NCBI GenBank assembly: GCA_963796685.1
Contig: CAWCMR010000022.1
Location: forward strand, 160,001-224,000
Origin: an uncultured delta proteobacterium
Lineage (GTDB): Bacteria; Myxococcota_A; Polyangia; Fen-1088
Direction of reading: 5' to 3'
Length of the DNA stretch: 64,000 nt
Part shown: piece after piece, positions 53,264 to 64,000 of the stretch
How the letters are laid out: every line of letters starts with the position of its first letter
Numbering within the stretch: position 1 is the stretch's first letter
Made by a program: the position numbers and the translations under genes
Notes under the pieces: generated by a model
Databases searched by the model: none
Seen by the model: only the letters and a program-made list of their open reading frames with translations
What the model was told of the DNA's origin: nothing

Positions 53264-54585
53264 GCCACGGTTCTTCTGCGCAGCTTTTCGACCAGCGTGG
53301 TGCGATTCAAGCCGAGAAGCTCGGCGGCGCGGTTCTTGTTCCCGTTCGTACGCTCGAGGGCTTGGCCGATGAGCCTGTCCTCGAGCTGGGTGAGCAGCAA
53401 GCGCAGATCGACGCCGTGAGGTGGCAGATCGACGATGCCGGTTCCGAGGGACTTCACGTCCGTACGGAAGCTGGCCGGCAGATCGTACACGCCCACGCCG
53501 CGATCTTTGGCCGCGGCCACCAGGCGCTCCACCACGCTCTCGAGCTGGCGCACGTTGCCTGGCCACGGGCACTCGCTCAGGCGCACGAGCAAGTCGGGTG
53601 GAAAGGGCGGGGTGTTTCGACCGTGATAGGCATTGGCGGCCCGACGGAAGTGCTCGGCCAGGATGGGAATGTCCTCGAGTCGTTCGCGCAGGGGCGGGAT
53701 CTCGATGGGAATGATGTTGAGCCGGTAGTACAGGTCCTCGATGAAGGTGCCTTCGCGCACCGCGGTTTCCAGGTTGCGCGATGTGCCTGCGACAATGCGG
53801 ACATCGGCGCGGGCGCGAGAACCCGGATCGCGGACCAGGCGCAGGAGGCCGATTTGCGATTCGCGCGAAAGGTTCGAGATTTCGTCGATGAAGAGCGTGC
53901 CGTGCTCGGCTTGCGCGAGCCTGCTCGGGCCTTCCTTGGTGAGCCCGTTGTCCGATGCCGACAGGCCTCCGAATAGATCGTTCGACGTGGGATGGGGCTC
54001 GCCGCCGGATAGGCGAACCGTGACGAAGGGCCCGCCGCGCCGGGCGCCGCAGGCGTGGATGGTGCGTGCCACGACTTCCTTGCCCGTTCCTTCTTCGCCG
54101 CGGATGAGCACGCTGGCGTTGGAATCGGCCACCTGGTCGACGCGTTCGAGCACGACGTGCATCGCCGGGTGATCGCCTATCAGGGTGACGCCGCAGGTGC
54201 GCAGAGGCGACGAGGCACGGTTGCGTTCGACCAGGGCGCGCTCGATGACCTCACTACCCAGCTGATCGTGGAAGGGCCGAGGCAGGAAGTCCTGTGCGCC
54301 CATGCGGAAGACTGAAACGATCTCTCTGACCGTGTCGTGCACGATGCGCGCCACAACCGGAATGGGTCTTCTTCGCGCCTGCGCGGTGGCCAGGATGTTG
54401 CGAACGGCCTCCATGGGCAACCCCAGGGAAACCACGCACAGATCGATGGGCTTTCCCGAAAGGGCGTCCTGGGCCTGGGTGACGCTGCTCGCGGGCACGC
54501 CCTCGTAGCCGAGAGACATGACGACGCGGACGAGGGCCGCCTGGGTGCCCTGGTCTTCGTCCGCAATGAGAATCCGGGTGTGCAT
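53260..54585 (-). CDS. FleQ/FlrA-like REC-AAA-HTH regulator with pseudo-receiver and no GAFTGA
   Basis: GEEGTGKEVVAR, FIDEI, DLYYRLN, WPGNVRQL, GLNRTTLVEKLR; DLFGGLSASDNG replaces ELFGHEKGAFTGA. Confidence 0.8.
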   Translation of the reverse strand: MHTRILIADEDQGTQAALVRVVMSLGYEGVPASSVTQAQDALSGKPIDLCVVSLGLPMEAVRNILATAQARRRPIPVVARIVHDTVREIVSVFRMGAQDFLPRPFHDQLGSEVIERALVERNRASSPLRTCGVTLIGDHPAMHVVLERVDQVADSNASVLIRGEEGTGKEVVARTIHACGARRGGPFVTVRLSGGEPHPTSNDLFGGLSASDNGLTKEGPSRLAQAEHGTLFIDEISNLSRESQIGLLRLVRDPGSRARADVRIVAGTSRNLETAVREGTFIEDLYYRLNIIPIEIPPLRERLEDIPILAEHFRRAANAYHGRNTPPFPPDLLVRLSECPWPGNVRQLESVVERLVAAAKDRGVGVYDLPASFRTDVKSLGTGIVDLPPHGVDLRLLLTQLEDRLIGQALERTNGNKNRAAELLGLNRTTLVEKLRRRTVA

Positions 54586-54738
54586 TCTCCGGCTGGTAAT
54601 CGGCGGAAGGGGGCCGGGCCTGAAGCCCAGCCCTTTCAGGGTCCTGGTACCTCCCGCTCCGTCGCTCTCCTGGTCGCGGAATCACCGAGCGCGCTTCCGC
54701 TTGGCTTGTCGCGCCTCCCCGATCTATACGAGGGGGGA

Positions 54739-55122
54739 ATGTCGCAGTTTCTCGCGGTCACGTTGGGCGGAGCGATCGGCAGTGGGGCGCGCTACTTGCT
54801 CGGCACGTTCGTGCAGGGCGCGTCCGGCCTCGCCTTTCCGCTCGGCACCCTCGCGGTCAACGTGATCGGCTCGTTCCTCATCTGCGCCATCATGCACGTG
54901 GGCATCACCACGAATGTCATCTCGCCGACCCTGCGTTTGTTCCTGACCACGGGGCTCATGGGCGGGTTCACCACCTACTCGACCTTCGACTACGAGACCT
55001 ACCGCTACACCCAGCAAGGGGCCTACGCGCTGGCTGCCTTGAATGTCGGGCTGACCCTGGTCGTGTGCTTCGCCGCCGGGGCGGCCGGGGACGCCGTCGC
55101 GAAATTGGTGCTCAGAAGCTAG
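54739..55122 (+). CDS. crcB: fluoride channel Fluc/CrcB
   Basis: GGAIGSGARY, FPLGTLAVNVIGS, GLMGGFTTYSTF. Confidence 0.93.
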   Translation: MSQFLAVTLGGAIGSGARYLLGTFVQGASGLAFPLGTLAVNVIGSFLICAIMHVGITTNVISPTLRLFLTTGLMGGFTTYSTFDYETYRYTQQGAYALAALNVGLTLVVCFAAGAAGDAVAKLVLRS

Positions 55123-55313
55123 CAAGCGCGTGCGGAGCCTGCCGGCTTCGCCATCACCAAAGAAATAGGCGCGCGTCGGTCTGCTAATCGCCGCCGTCTT
55201 CATTTTGGCCGCCTCCGTTTTAGACGCGCTGCGCTTTAAATCTCCATCGCGATGTCCTGTCGAGGGGAGTTGACGTCCGGCCTTTCGCATCTCAAAGTGC
55301 TGTCCCTAGGCCA

Positions 55314-57197
55314 ATGGCCCTCGATCTCTCCCCTCAAACGCAGCAGTCCATCAACCGGGTGCGCGGGCACTATCCCAATTCGCAGGCCGCGCTGATCCCG
55401 GTGCTTCACCTCATTCAGGATGAGGCTGGTCATCTTTCCGACGAGGCGCTCGACTACGCCTCCCGGCTGCTCGACCTGCCCCCGTCGCACGTTTTCGGCG
55501 TCGTGACGTTTTACACGATGTTTCGCCGCACCCCGCCTGCGCGCCACCGGCTGCACGTGTGCAGCAACATCGGCTGCGTCGTGCGCGCCGGCTACGATGC
55601 CATGGAGCACGTGCACCAGCGCCTGGGCATTCGTCCGGGCCAGGCCACGCCCGACGGCACGTTCAGCCTGGACGAGGACGACGACATGATCGGGTGCGAG
55701 GGCGGCGCCTCGTTGGTGGACGGCCATGCCCGGCACCAGCACCTGACCGTCGACAAGTTGGATCGCCTGCTCGACGATTTGAGCAAGGCGCCCGCGCCCG
55801 AAGGCGCGCACCCGAACGGGTTTCCCCCCATCGATGTTCTTGGCGCCTTTCGCAGCACCCCGGGCGAGAAGATCGTCACCAAGAACATCGGCGTGCCCGA
55901 CATTCGCAAGCTCTCCACCTACCAAGCCCGCGGCGGTTGGCAGGCCTTCAAGAAAGCCCTGGGCATGCAGCGCACGGCCCTGGTGGACGAGGTCAAGGCC
56001 TCCAGTCTGCGTGGGCGCGGCGGCGCAGGCTTTCCCACCGGCATGAAGTGGGGCTTTTTGCCCAAGGACGCCAAGCAGGTGTACCTGGTGGTCAACGCCG
56101 ACGAATCCGAGCCCGGCACCTTCAAGGATCGGGTCCTGCTCGTCGGCGACCCGCACCTGCTCGTGGAGGGGATCGCCGTTTCCGCCTATGCTCTCGGTTG
56201 TACCCACGCCTATGTCTACATTCGCGGCGAATTGGCCAGCGAAGCGAAGATCCTGCAGGCGGCCATCGACGAGGTCTATGCTGCCGGCCTCTTGGGCAAG
56301 CCCCACGAGAGCGCGACGGGCGCGTTTACGCTGGACCTCACCATGCACCGGGGCGCCGGTGCCTACATCTGCGGCGAGGAAACCTCCTTGCTCAATTCGC
56401 TGGAAGGCAAGCGCGGCTGGCCGCGCATGAAGCCGCCGTTTCCGGCGGTGCGCGGGCTGTTCGGTCAGCCCACCATCGTCAACAACGTGGAAACCCTGAT
56501 GAACATCCCCGATATCGTGATGCGGGGCGGGGCCGCCTTCGCCAAGCTGGGCATGGGCCGGTCGGGCGGCACGCGCGTGCTCAGCGTCTCGGGCCACGTC
56601 AACCGGCCCGGCGTCTTCGAGCTTCCCATGGGCATTCCCTTTCGCCAGCTCATCGACGAACACTGCGGCGGCATGCTCGGTGGACGGCGCCTCAAGGGCA
56701 TCATTCCGGGCGGCAGCTCGATGCCGGTGCTCGACGCCAGCGAGATCGACGTGCCCATCGAATTCGACGCCTTGATGACCGACGCCCGCATCAAGGACGT
56801 CGAGATCAAGCCCGGCGTGCCCTTCGACATGGGCGGCGGCAAGAAGCTCAAGACCATGGCCGGCTCGGGGGGCGTGGTGATTTTCGACGAGACCACCGAC
56901 GTGGTCGCCTTCTGCGCCACCATCATGCGCTTCTACGCGCACGAATCGTGCGGCCAGTGCACGCCCTGCCGCGAGGGCACGGCTTGGCTGGCGCGCGTGT
57001 GCTCGCGCCTGGCCGAGGGCGAAGGCCGGCCGGGCGACGTCGCCCTGCTGGCCAACATCGCGGGCGGCGTCGCGGGCAACACCATCTGCCCGCTCGGCGA
57101 GGCCGCGGCCTGGCCCATGCTGGGCTTTCTCACCAAGTTTCGCGCCGAGTTCGAGGCCGCCGAGGCCAAGTCCAAAGCCGGGAGGACCACGCCGTGA
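55314..57197 (+). CDS. nuoF: NADH-quinone oxidoreductase fused NuoE-NuoF
   Basis: NuoE-like ALIPVLHLIQ, VVTFYTMF, CSNIGC; NuoF GRGGAGF, NADESEPGTFKD, GAGAYICGEET, ESCGQCTPCREG, TICPLG. Confidence 0.92.
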   Translation: MALDLSPQTQQSINRVRGHYPNSQAALIPVLHLIQDEAGHLSDEALDYASRLLDLPPSHVFGVVTFYTMFRRTPPARHRLHVCSNIGCVVRAGYDAMEHVHQRLGIRPGQATPDGTFSLDEDDDMIGCEGGASLVDGHARHQHLTVDKLDRLLDDLSKAPAPEGAHPNGFPPIDVLGAFRSTPGEKIVTKNIGVPDIRKLSTYQARGGWQAFKKALGMQRTALVDEVKASSLRGRGGAGFPTGMKWGFLPKDAKQVYLVVNADESEPGTFKDRVLLVGDPHLLVEGIAVSAYALGCTHAYVYIRGELASEAKILQAAIDEVYAAGLLGKPHESATGAFTLDLTMHRGAGAYICGEETSLLNSLEGKRGWPRMKPPFPAVRGLFGQPTIVNNVETLMNIPDIVMRGGAAFAKLGMGRSGGTRVLSVSGHVNRPGVFELPMGIPFRQLIDEHCGGMLGGRRLKGIIPGGSSMPVLDASEIDVPIEFDALMTDARIKDVEIKPGVPFDMGGGKKLKTMAGSGGVVIFDETTDVVAFCATIMRFYAHESCGQCTPCREGTAWLARVCSRLAEGEGRPGDVALLANIAGGVAGNTICPLGEAAAWPMLGFLTKFRAEFEAAEAKSKAGRTTP

Positions 57198-57769
57198 ACG
57201 TCGTGCTTGCCGGACCCAGCGTCCTCGAAAAGATCGCCTTCGTGGTCTTCGCCTTGGGCGTGCTGGGCGGCGCTCTCGTCACCATCACGCGCAAGAGCGC
57301 GGTGGCCGCCCTCATCGCGCTGGTCGGTACCTTCTGCGCCCTGGCCGGCCTGTACGCGACCCTGTCGGCGCACTTCCTGGCCATTCTGCAAATCCTTGTC
57401 TACGCCGGCGCCATCATGGTGCTGTTCATCTTCGCGGTCATGATCGTCAACCGCGACGACGAGCACCCCATCGCCCTGCGCGGCCTCTTCGTGCGCGCCA
57501 CGGGCGTGCTGGCCACCGGATACCTTTTCTATCGCGTGGCCTGGATCGTGGTGCGCGAACGGCATACCGACGTGCTCGGCACCACCATCGCCTTGCCCAT
57601 TCCCGGTTACGGCAACGTCGCCTCCATCGGGCGGCTCTTGTTTTCGGACTTCCTCTTCCCCTTCGAGGCCATCTCGCTGCTGCTTCTGACGGCGGTGGTG
57701 GGCGGCGTTCTCATCGCCCGGCCCTCGCGACCGAGGACGGACGAGACCATCGGCGGAGGCTCGGCCTGA
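57194..57769 (+). CDS. nuoJ: NADH-quinone oxidoreductase subunit J
   Basis: QILVYAGAIMVLFIF, FPFEAISLLLL; GTGA overlap. Confidence 0.9.
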   Translation: MNVVLAGPSVLEKIAFVVFALGVLGGALVTITRKSAVAALIALVGTFCALAGLYATLSAHFLAILQILVYAGAIMVLFIFAVMIVNRDDEHPIALRGLFVRATGVLATGYLFYRVAWIVVRERHTDVLGTTIALPIPGYGNVASIGRLLFSDFLFPFEAISLLLLTAVVGGVLIARPSRPRTDETIGGGSA

Positions 57770-58068
57770 TGCCCGGCCATTACTACATTCTCGTGTCGCT
57801 GGCGCTGTTCTTCGTCGGCACTGCCGGCGCGCTCTTGCGGCGGAACGCGCTCTTCGTGCTCATGAGCCTGGAGCTGCAACTTGGCGCCGGTAGCCTGGCC
57901 CTGCTCACCTTCGCGCGCGGGCTCGGCGACCAGCGCGGCCACGTGGTGGCCTTCTTCGTCATGGCCCTGGCGGCAGCCGAGGCCGCCGTCGGCCTGGCCA
58001 TCGTCGTTGCGGTCTATCGCTCGCGCAAGAAGATCGACCTCGACGCCATCAGCGAGCTGCGGAACTGA
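57769..58068 (+). CDS. nuoK: NADH-quinone oxidoreductase subunit K
   Basis: RRNAL..LMSLEL, AAAEAAVGLAI. Confidence 0.93.
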   Translation: MPGHYYILVSLALFFVGTAGALLRRNALFVLMSLELQLGAGSLALLTFARGLGDQRGHVVAFFVMALAAAEAAVGLAIVVAVYRSRKKIDLDAISELRN

Positions 58069-58070
58069 GC

Positions 58071-60290
58071 ATGTTCTCGCATCTGCACATGATTCCGCTC
58101 TTGCCGCTCCTCGGCGCGGCGTACCTGATTCTGTTCGGCCGGCGCCACTCGCGCGCGGTCGTGCAGACCATCGCCAGCCTGGCCGTGTTCGCCTCGTTCG
58201 TGGTTTCGGCCGACGCCTTCTTCTCGGGGTTGCCCGCCTCGGTCCACCAGGGCGGCCTCTCGGAGACGGTCTACAACTGGTTCTCCGCCGGCAGTGTCGA
58301 CGTCGATCTGTCGCTGCGCATGGACCCGCTGTCGGGGCTTCTTTGCCTGGTGGTGACCTTCATCGGATCCCTCATCCACGTCTACTCCGCCGGCTACATG
58401 GCCCACGACGAGGACTACCCGCGCTTCTTCGCCTATCTCAACCTCTTCTGCGGCGCCATGCTGATGCTGGTGCTGGGCGACAGCCTTCCCGTGGTGTTCA
58501 TCGGGTGGGAAGGCGTGGGCCTGTCGAGCTACCTGCTCATCGGCTTTTGGTACAAGGAGAACGCCAACGCCAGCGCGGGCAAGAAGGCCTTCATCGTCAA
58601 TCGCATCGGCGATTTCGGGTTCCTGATCGGGATGTTCCTGCTCTTCCGTGCCACGGGCACGCTCGACATCCCCGCGATTCTGGGCTCGGCCCACCCGGGC
58701 AGCGCGCTTGCGGCGCCGCTCTGGCTGGGGCAGTCGGTCGCCTTCTGGGCGGGCGTCTTTCTCTTCCTGGGCGCTGCGGGCAAGTCGGCGCAGATCCCGC
58801 TTTACGTTTGGCTGCCTGACGCCATGGCCGGTCCCACGCCGGTGTCGGCGCTGATTCACGCCGCGACCATGGTCACCGCCGGCGTGTACCTGGTGGCGCG
58901 CATGTCCGCGGTCTACATGCTGGCCCCGGCCGCCCTGGCCATCGTCGCCGTGGTGGGCGCGTTGACCGCCATGTTCGCCGCCATCATCGGCTTCGCCCAG
59001 AACGACTTCAAGAAGGTGCTGGCCTATTCCACCATCAGCCAGCTCGGCTTCATGTTCGTGGGCGTGGGCACCGGCAACTTCGCCGCCGGCATCTTCCATC
59101 TTTTCACGCACGCCTTCTTCAAGGCCGGGTTGTTCCTGTGCGCCGGCTCGGTCATGCACGCCATGAGCGGCTCGGGCGACATCACCAAGATGGGGGGCCT
59201 GGGCAAGAAGCTGCCGTGGACCGCACGGACGTTCCAGATCTTCTGGCTTGCCATCTGCGGTGTCCCGATCTTTTCGGGCTTCTTCTCGAAGGACGCCCTG
59301 GTCGACGGAGCCTTCGCGACCGAGGTCTATGGCCACGGCCTGGCGTGGGTGGGGCCGTTCGTCGGGGTCGCGCTTCTGGCCGCCGCGTTCGGCACGGCCT
59401 TCTATATGTCGCGCCTCTACTTCCTGGTCTTCACCGGTCCTTGCCGCGCCGACGAGGACGTCCAGCACCACATCCACGAGTCGCCCATTTCCATGGTGTT
59501 CCCTCTGGTGGTGCTGGCCGCGGGCGCGCTGCTCGGCGGCCTCGTCGGCGTGCCACCCGCCATCCGCGAGCTCTTCGGCAAGCATGGCGAAAGCACGCTT
59601 GCGGTGTGGCTCGAGCCCGCCGTCGGCGCGCCCCTGGAGGTGGCCAGTCGCACCGAGTGGATGGCCATGGGCTTCTCGACCGCAATCGCCCTGGCGGGCA
59701 TCGGTCTCGGCTATGCGTTCTTCGGGGGTGGGTACCGCGCGCCGGCGCGCGCTTTTGCACGGAGGTTCCCCGGCCTTGTGTCCCTGGTGCGCGACAAGTT
59801 TCGCATCGACGAGCTGTACGGGTTCCTCATCATCCGCCCCGTGCAGGCTATCTGCCGCCTGGTGTTCCAGGTCGTGGACCGCATCCTCATCGACAAGATT
59901 CTGATTGGCGGCTGGGCCTTTCTGACCGACATGGCCGGCCGTGTGCTTCGTTTCTTCCAGGCCGGCGACGTCCAGCGCTACCTGGCGGTGTTCGCCATCG
60001 GGCTTTCGGTCATGGTGTGGATGGCCGCCCGACCGGCCGCACCCGACGAGGTCCGGCTCTTGGTCGAGGGCAACACCGTGGCGGTCAGCCTGGTCGATCC
60101 CGAAGCCGCCGGTGGCGATCTGACCTACAGCTTCGATTTCGACGGCGACGGAATCGCCGATCGCCAGGGCAAGAGCCCGAGCGCAACCTGGACCTTCAGC
60201 GGCCCCGGCCGCTACACGATCCGTATCGTCATCGAGGATTCGCGCTGGCACACCCGGCGGACCATCAAACGGGACACCGAAATCCGATAA
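58071..60290 (+). CDS. nuoL: NADH-quinone oxidoreductase subunit L with C-terminal PKD-like domain
   Basis: GWEGVG, GKSAQIPL, WLPDAMAGPTPVSALIHAATMV, HAFFKA; tail TYSFDFDGDG...TFSGPGRYTI. Confidence 0.95.
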   Translation: MFSHLHMIPLLPLLGAAYLILFGRRHSRAVVQTIASLAVFASFVVSADAFFSGLPASVHQGGLSETVYNWFSAGSVDVDLSLRMDPLSGLLCLVVTFIGSLIHVYSAGYMAHDEDYPRFFAYLNLFCGAMLMLVLGDSLPVVFIGWEGVGLSSYLLIGFWYKENANASAGKKAFIVNRIGDFGFLIGMFLLFRATGTLDIPAILGSAHPGSALAAPLWLGQSVAFWAGVFLFLGAAGKSAQIPLYVWLPDAMAGPTPVSALIHAATMVTAGVYLVARMSAVYMLAPAALAIVAVVGALTAMFAAIIGFAQNDFKKVLAYSTISQLGFMFVGVGTGNFAAGIFHLFTHAFFKAGLFLCAGSVMHAMSGSGDITKMGGLGKKLPWTARTFQIFWLAICGVPIFSGFFSKDALVDGAFATEVYGHGLAWVGPFVGVALLAAAFGTAFYMSRLYFLVFTGPCRADEDVQHHIHESPISMVFPLVVLAAGALLGGLVGVPPAIRELFGKHGESTLAVWLEPAVGAPLEVASRTEWMAMGFSTAIALAGIGLGYAFFGGGYRAPARAFARRFPGLVSLVRDKFRIDELYGFLIIRPVQAICRLVFQVVDRILIDKILIGGWAFLTDMAGRVLRFFQAGDVQRYLAVFAIGLSVMVWMAARPAAPDEVRLLVEGNTVAVSLVDPEAAGGDLTYSFDFDGDGIADRQGKSPSATWTFSGPGRYTIRIVIEDSRWHTRRTIKRDTEIR

Positions 60291-60305
60291 GCCAACTACA
60301 CGTCC

Positions 60306-61948
60306 ATGACCAGTCTTGCTCTCACGACCTTGTTGCCGCTCGTCGGCGCCCTCGTGGCGCTCGTGCTTCCACGCAACGACCAGAAGCTGTCGCGTGGTTA
60401 CGGCATCGCGGTGGCGCTGGCGACCTTCCTGCAGTCGCTGTTCGTGCTGGCGGCCTTCGAGCCCGGCCAGGCGGGATTCCAGCTCGAAACCAACTGGGCC
60501 TGGGTTCCGACCCTGGGCATCCATTTTCACCTGGGCGTCGATGGCATCTCGCTGTGGCTGATGCTGCTGTCCACGTTGATGGTGCTTTTGACCCTGCTGT
60601 CGCCGCAGGCCACCGGGTTCGTGCGCGATCGCAACCGCGGCTTCGTGGCCGCCATGCTGATGCTCGAATCGGGCATGATCGGGGCCTTTCTCGCGCTCGA
60701 CATGTTCGCCTTCTACGTGTTCTGGGAGCTGATGCTGATACCGATGTACTTCATCATCGGCATCTGGGGCGGCGAGCGCCGGGTCTACGCCGCCATCAAG
60801 TTCATGATCTTCACCTTGACCGGCTCGCTCTTGATGCTGGCCGCGATCCTGGTCATGGCCGCCACGGTCCACAAGGTGACCGGCCAGTGGAGCTTCGACT
60901 ACACCACATGGTCGAAGCTGCTTCTGCCGCACGACACGCAGCTTCTGTGTTTCGGCGCCTTCGCGCTGGCCTTCCTCATCAAGGTGCCGCTCTTTCCGCT
61001 GCACACCTGGTTGCCCGATGCCCACGTCGAGGCGCCCACCGGCGGCTCCGTGATTCTGGCGGCGGTCCTGCTGAAGCTCGGCGCCTACGGGTTCCTGCGT
61101 TTCGCGCTGCCGTTCTTTCCCCTGGCCGCCGACGAGGCCGCGCCGCTCATCGCCTGGCTGGCCGTGATCGGCATCGTGTACGGGGCGCTCATGGCCTACG
61201 CCCAGGACGACATCAAGAAGCTGGTGGCCTATTCGTCGGTCTCGCACCTCGGGTTCGTGGTGCTCGGGATTCTCACCGTCACCGCGACCGGCGTCCAAGG
61301 CGGCCTGTACCAGATGCTCGCGCACGGCATCTCCACGGGCGGGCTCTTCCTCGCCGTGGGCATCCTGTACGAGAGACGGCACACGCGCAAGCTATCGGAT
61401 TTCGGCGGCCTGTGGGCGCGAATGCCGGTCTTCGCCGCGTTTTTTCTCGTCATCGTCCTCGCCTCGGTCGGTCTGCCCGGTCTGTGCGGCTTTCCCGGCG
61501 AATTCATGGTGCTCATCGGAACCTTCAATGCCGGCAAGGTCTGGCACGAGCTCGGCATCGCGCCGGCCTTCGCCCATCCCGCCCTGCTGGCCGCCATCTC
61601 GGCCACGGCGGTCATTTTGGCCGCGGTCTACCTGCTCACCATGTTCCAGAGGGTCATGCTCGGACCGCTCGACAAGCCCGAGAATCGCGATGAAAAGGTG
61701 CGCGACCTGTCGTGGACCGAGAGGCTGGTGTTCGCCACCATCGTGGTGCTGGCACTCGGCATGGGTATCGCGCCTGGCCCCATCTTGAATCGCAGCGCGG
61801 CCTCGGTGGACGCGACGCTGGAAAGCTATCGCGGACGTCTCGCCGCCGCGCGCAGCAACCCCGAGGCGCCGCCGCGCATGTTCGGCCAGAGCGATTTGCG
61901 GCGGCCATTCGGCCCCCCAGTCGGGCACGCGATGCCCAGGAGGCGGCC

Positions 61949-61952
<4 letters not shown>
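60306..61952 (+). CDS. nuoM: NADH-quinone oxidoreductase subunit M
   Basis: LGVDGIS, FYVFWE, LHTWLPDAHVEAPT, AYSSVSHLG. Confidence 0.95.
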
Positions 61953-63454
<1,502 letters not shown>

Positions 63455-63709
63455 ACCAGTAGACCAGCAAGCCGGGGGCGTGAGCGCCGGGCGTATCGCG
63501 TCTTGCCCAGGCTCGGGTAGATCGGCGCGAGCCGGCGAGGTAGGTGGCCGACCGTCGGGCAGGCGGGTTTTCCAACGCAGAAATATCCCCATCGTTTCCC
63601 CTAAGCCCAAAGCTGCACGCACTGGTACAATCCGCAAATGGGGTTGCTTAGAAACAGCGTGGCTGACATAGCATCGAGTTGCCTGGTTGAATGTGGTCGC
63701 GGAGAAGAC

Positions 63710-64000
63710 ATGCCTACCATGCAAAGAAATTCGAAAGCGTTTTGGTACAGTGTAGCGGTGACGCTTGCCCTTTGCGCGGGGATGTTTCCCATCGCCTGCG
63801 GCGGTGGCGGCACGGGAACGGCAGGAGCCGGCGGCGTACCAGGCAGCGGTGGAACCTCGGCCTCGGGCGGGGAATCCGGCGGCGGAGGAGCCTCGGCCTC
63901 GGGCGGAACTGCTCTGTCCAGCGGCGGTGCGGTTTCGGGCGGCAGCGTGGGCTCGGGAGGAATCGCAACCGGCGGTCGGCTTGGATCCGGTGGCAGCAGC
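63710..64000 (+). CDS. Gly/Ser-rich lipoprotein, N-terminal part (runs off right edge)
   Basis: GGAG RBS; MPTMQRNSKAFWYSVAVTLALCAGMFPIAC then GGGGTGTAGAGG. Confidence 0.75.
   Translation, partial: MPTMQRNSKAFWYSVAVTLALCAGMFPIACGGGGTGTAGAGGVPGSGGTSASGGESGGGGASASGGTALSSGGAVSGGSVGSGGIATGGRLGSGGSS

Noticed and set aside
54590-54738. Fluoride riboswitch upstream of crcB
   Set aside because: The conserved GGCGATG...CTGATG-type elements were not seen
55559-57193. 736-aa ORF as a fusion to nuoJ
   Set aside because: The upstream part is an alternate frame of nuoEF; only 57194-57769 is NuoJ

Overview
High-GC bacterial chromosome segment with gene content typical of Myxococcota (Ser/Thr kinases, FHA/PAS sigma54 activators, Gly/Ser-rich lipoproteins); the taxonomy is an inference. 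Layout: (1) 1-10 kb: stress/accessory genes (PAS histidine kinase, DUF2934, CBS, HAD, esterase, N-formylglutamate amidohydrolase + transglutaminase, AI-2E, PAS-sigma54 activator, DUF1269) with six candidate sigma54 promoters. (2) 10-14.7 kb: decayed fragments (nitroreductase::FtsH chimera, AAA ATPase, DUF262, RelA/SpoT-like) beside the 3' end of tRNA-Arg(TCT). (3) 16.6-24.5 kb: ECF sigma / anti-sigma / exported caspase-like gene run followed by VKOR-DsbA, a Cys-rich OmpA-like protein, a TlpA lipoprotein and a GAFTGA-less FHA activator. (4) MFS pump, a fungal Tos1-like lipoprotein and a GH64 remnant. (5) Fe-ADH, metH with a SahR-like regulator, kinase, large lipoprotein, ModF-like ABC, PBP1A, DUF763. 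(6) An orphan FleQ-like / fliA / flgM module with visible sigma54 and sigma28 promoters. (7) crcB and a partial complex I operon (fused nuoEF, J, K, L with a PKD-like tail, M, N). Four REP-like repeat families occur. No CRISPR, rRNA, integrase or transposase was seen. All family calls come from motif recognition by eye, not database searches, and several frameshifts may be sequencing errors.
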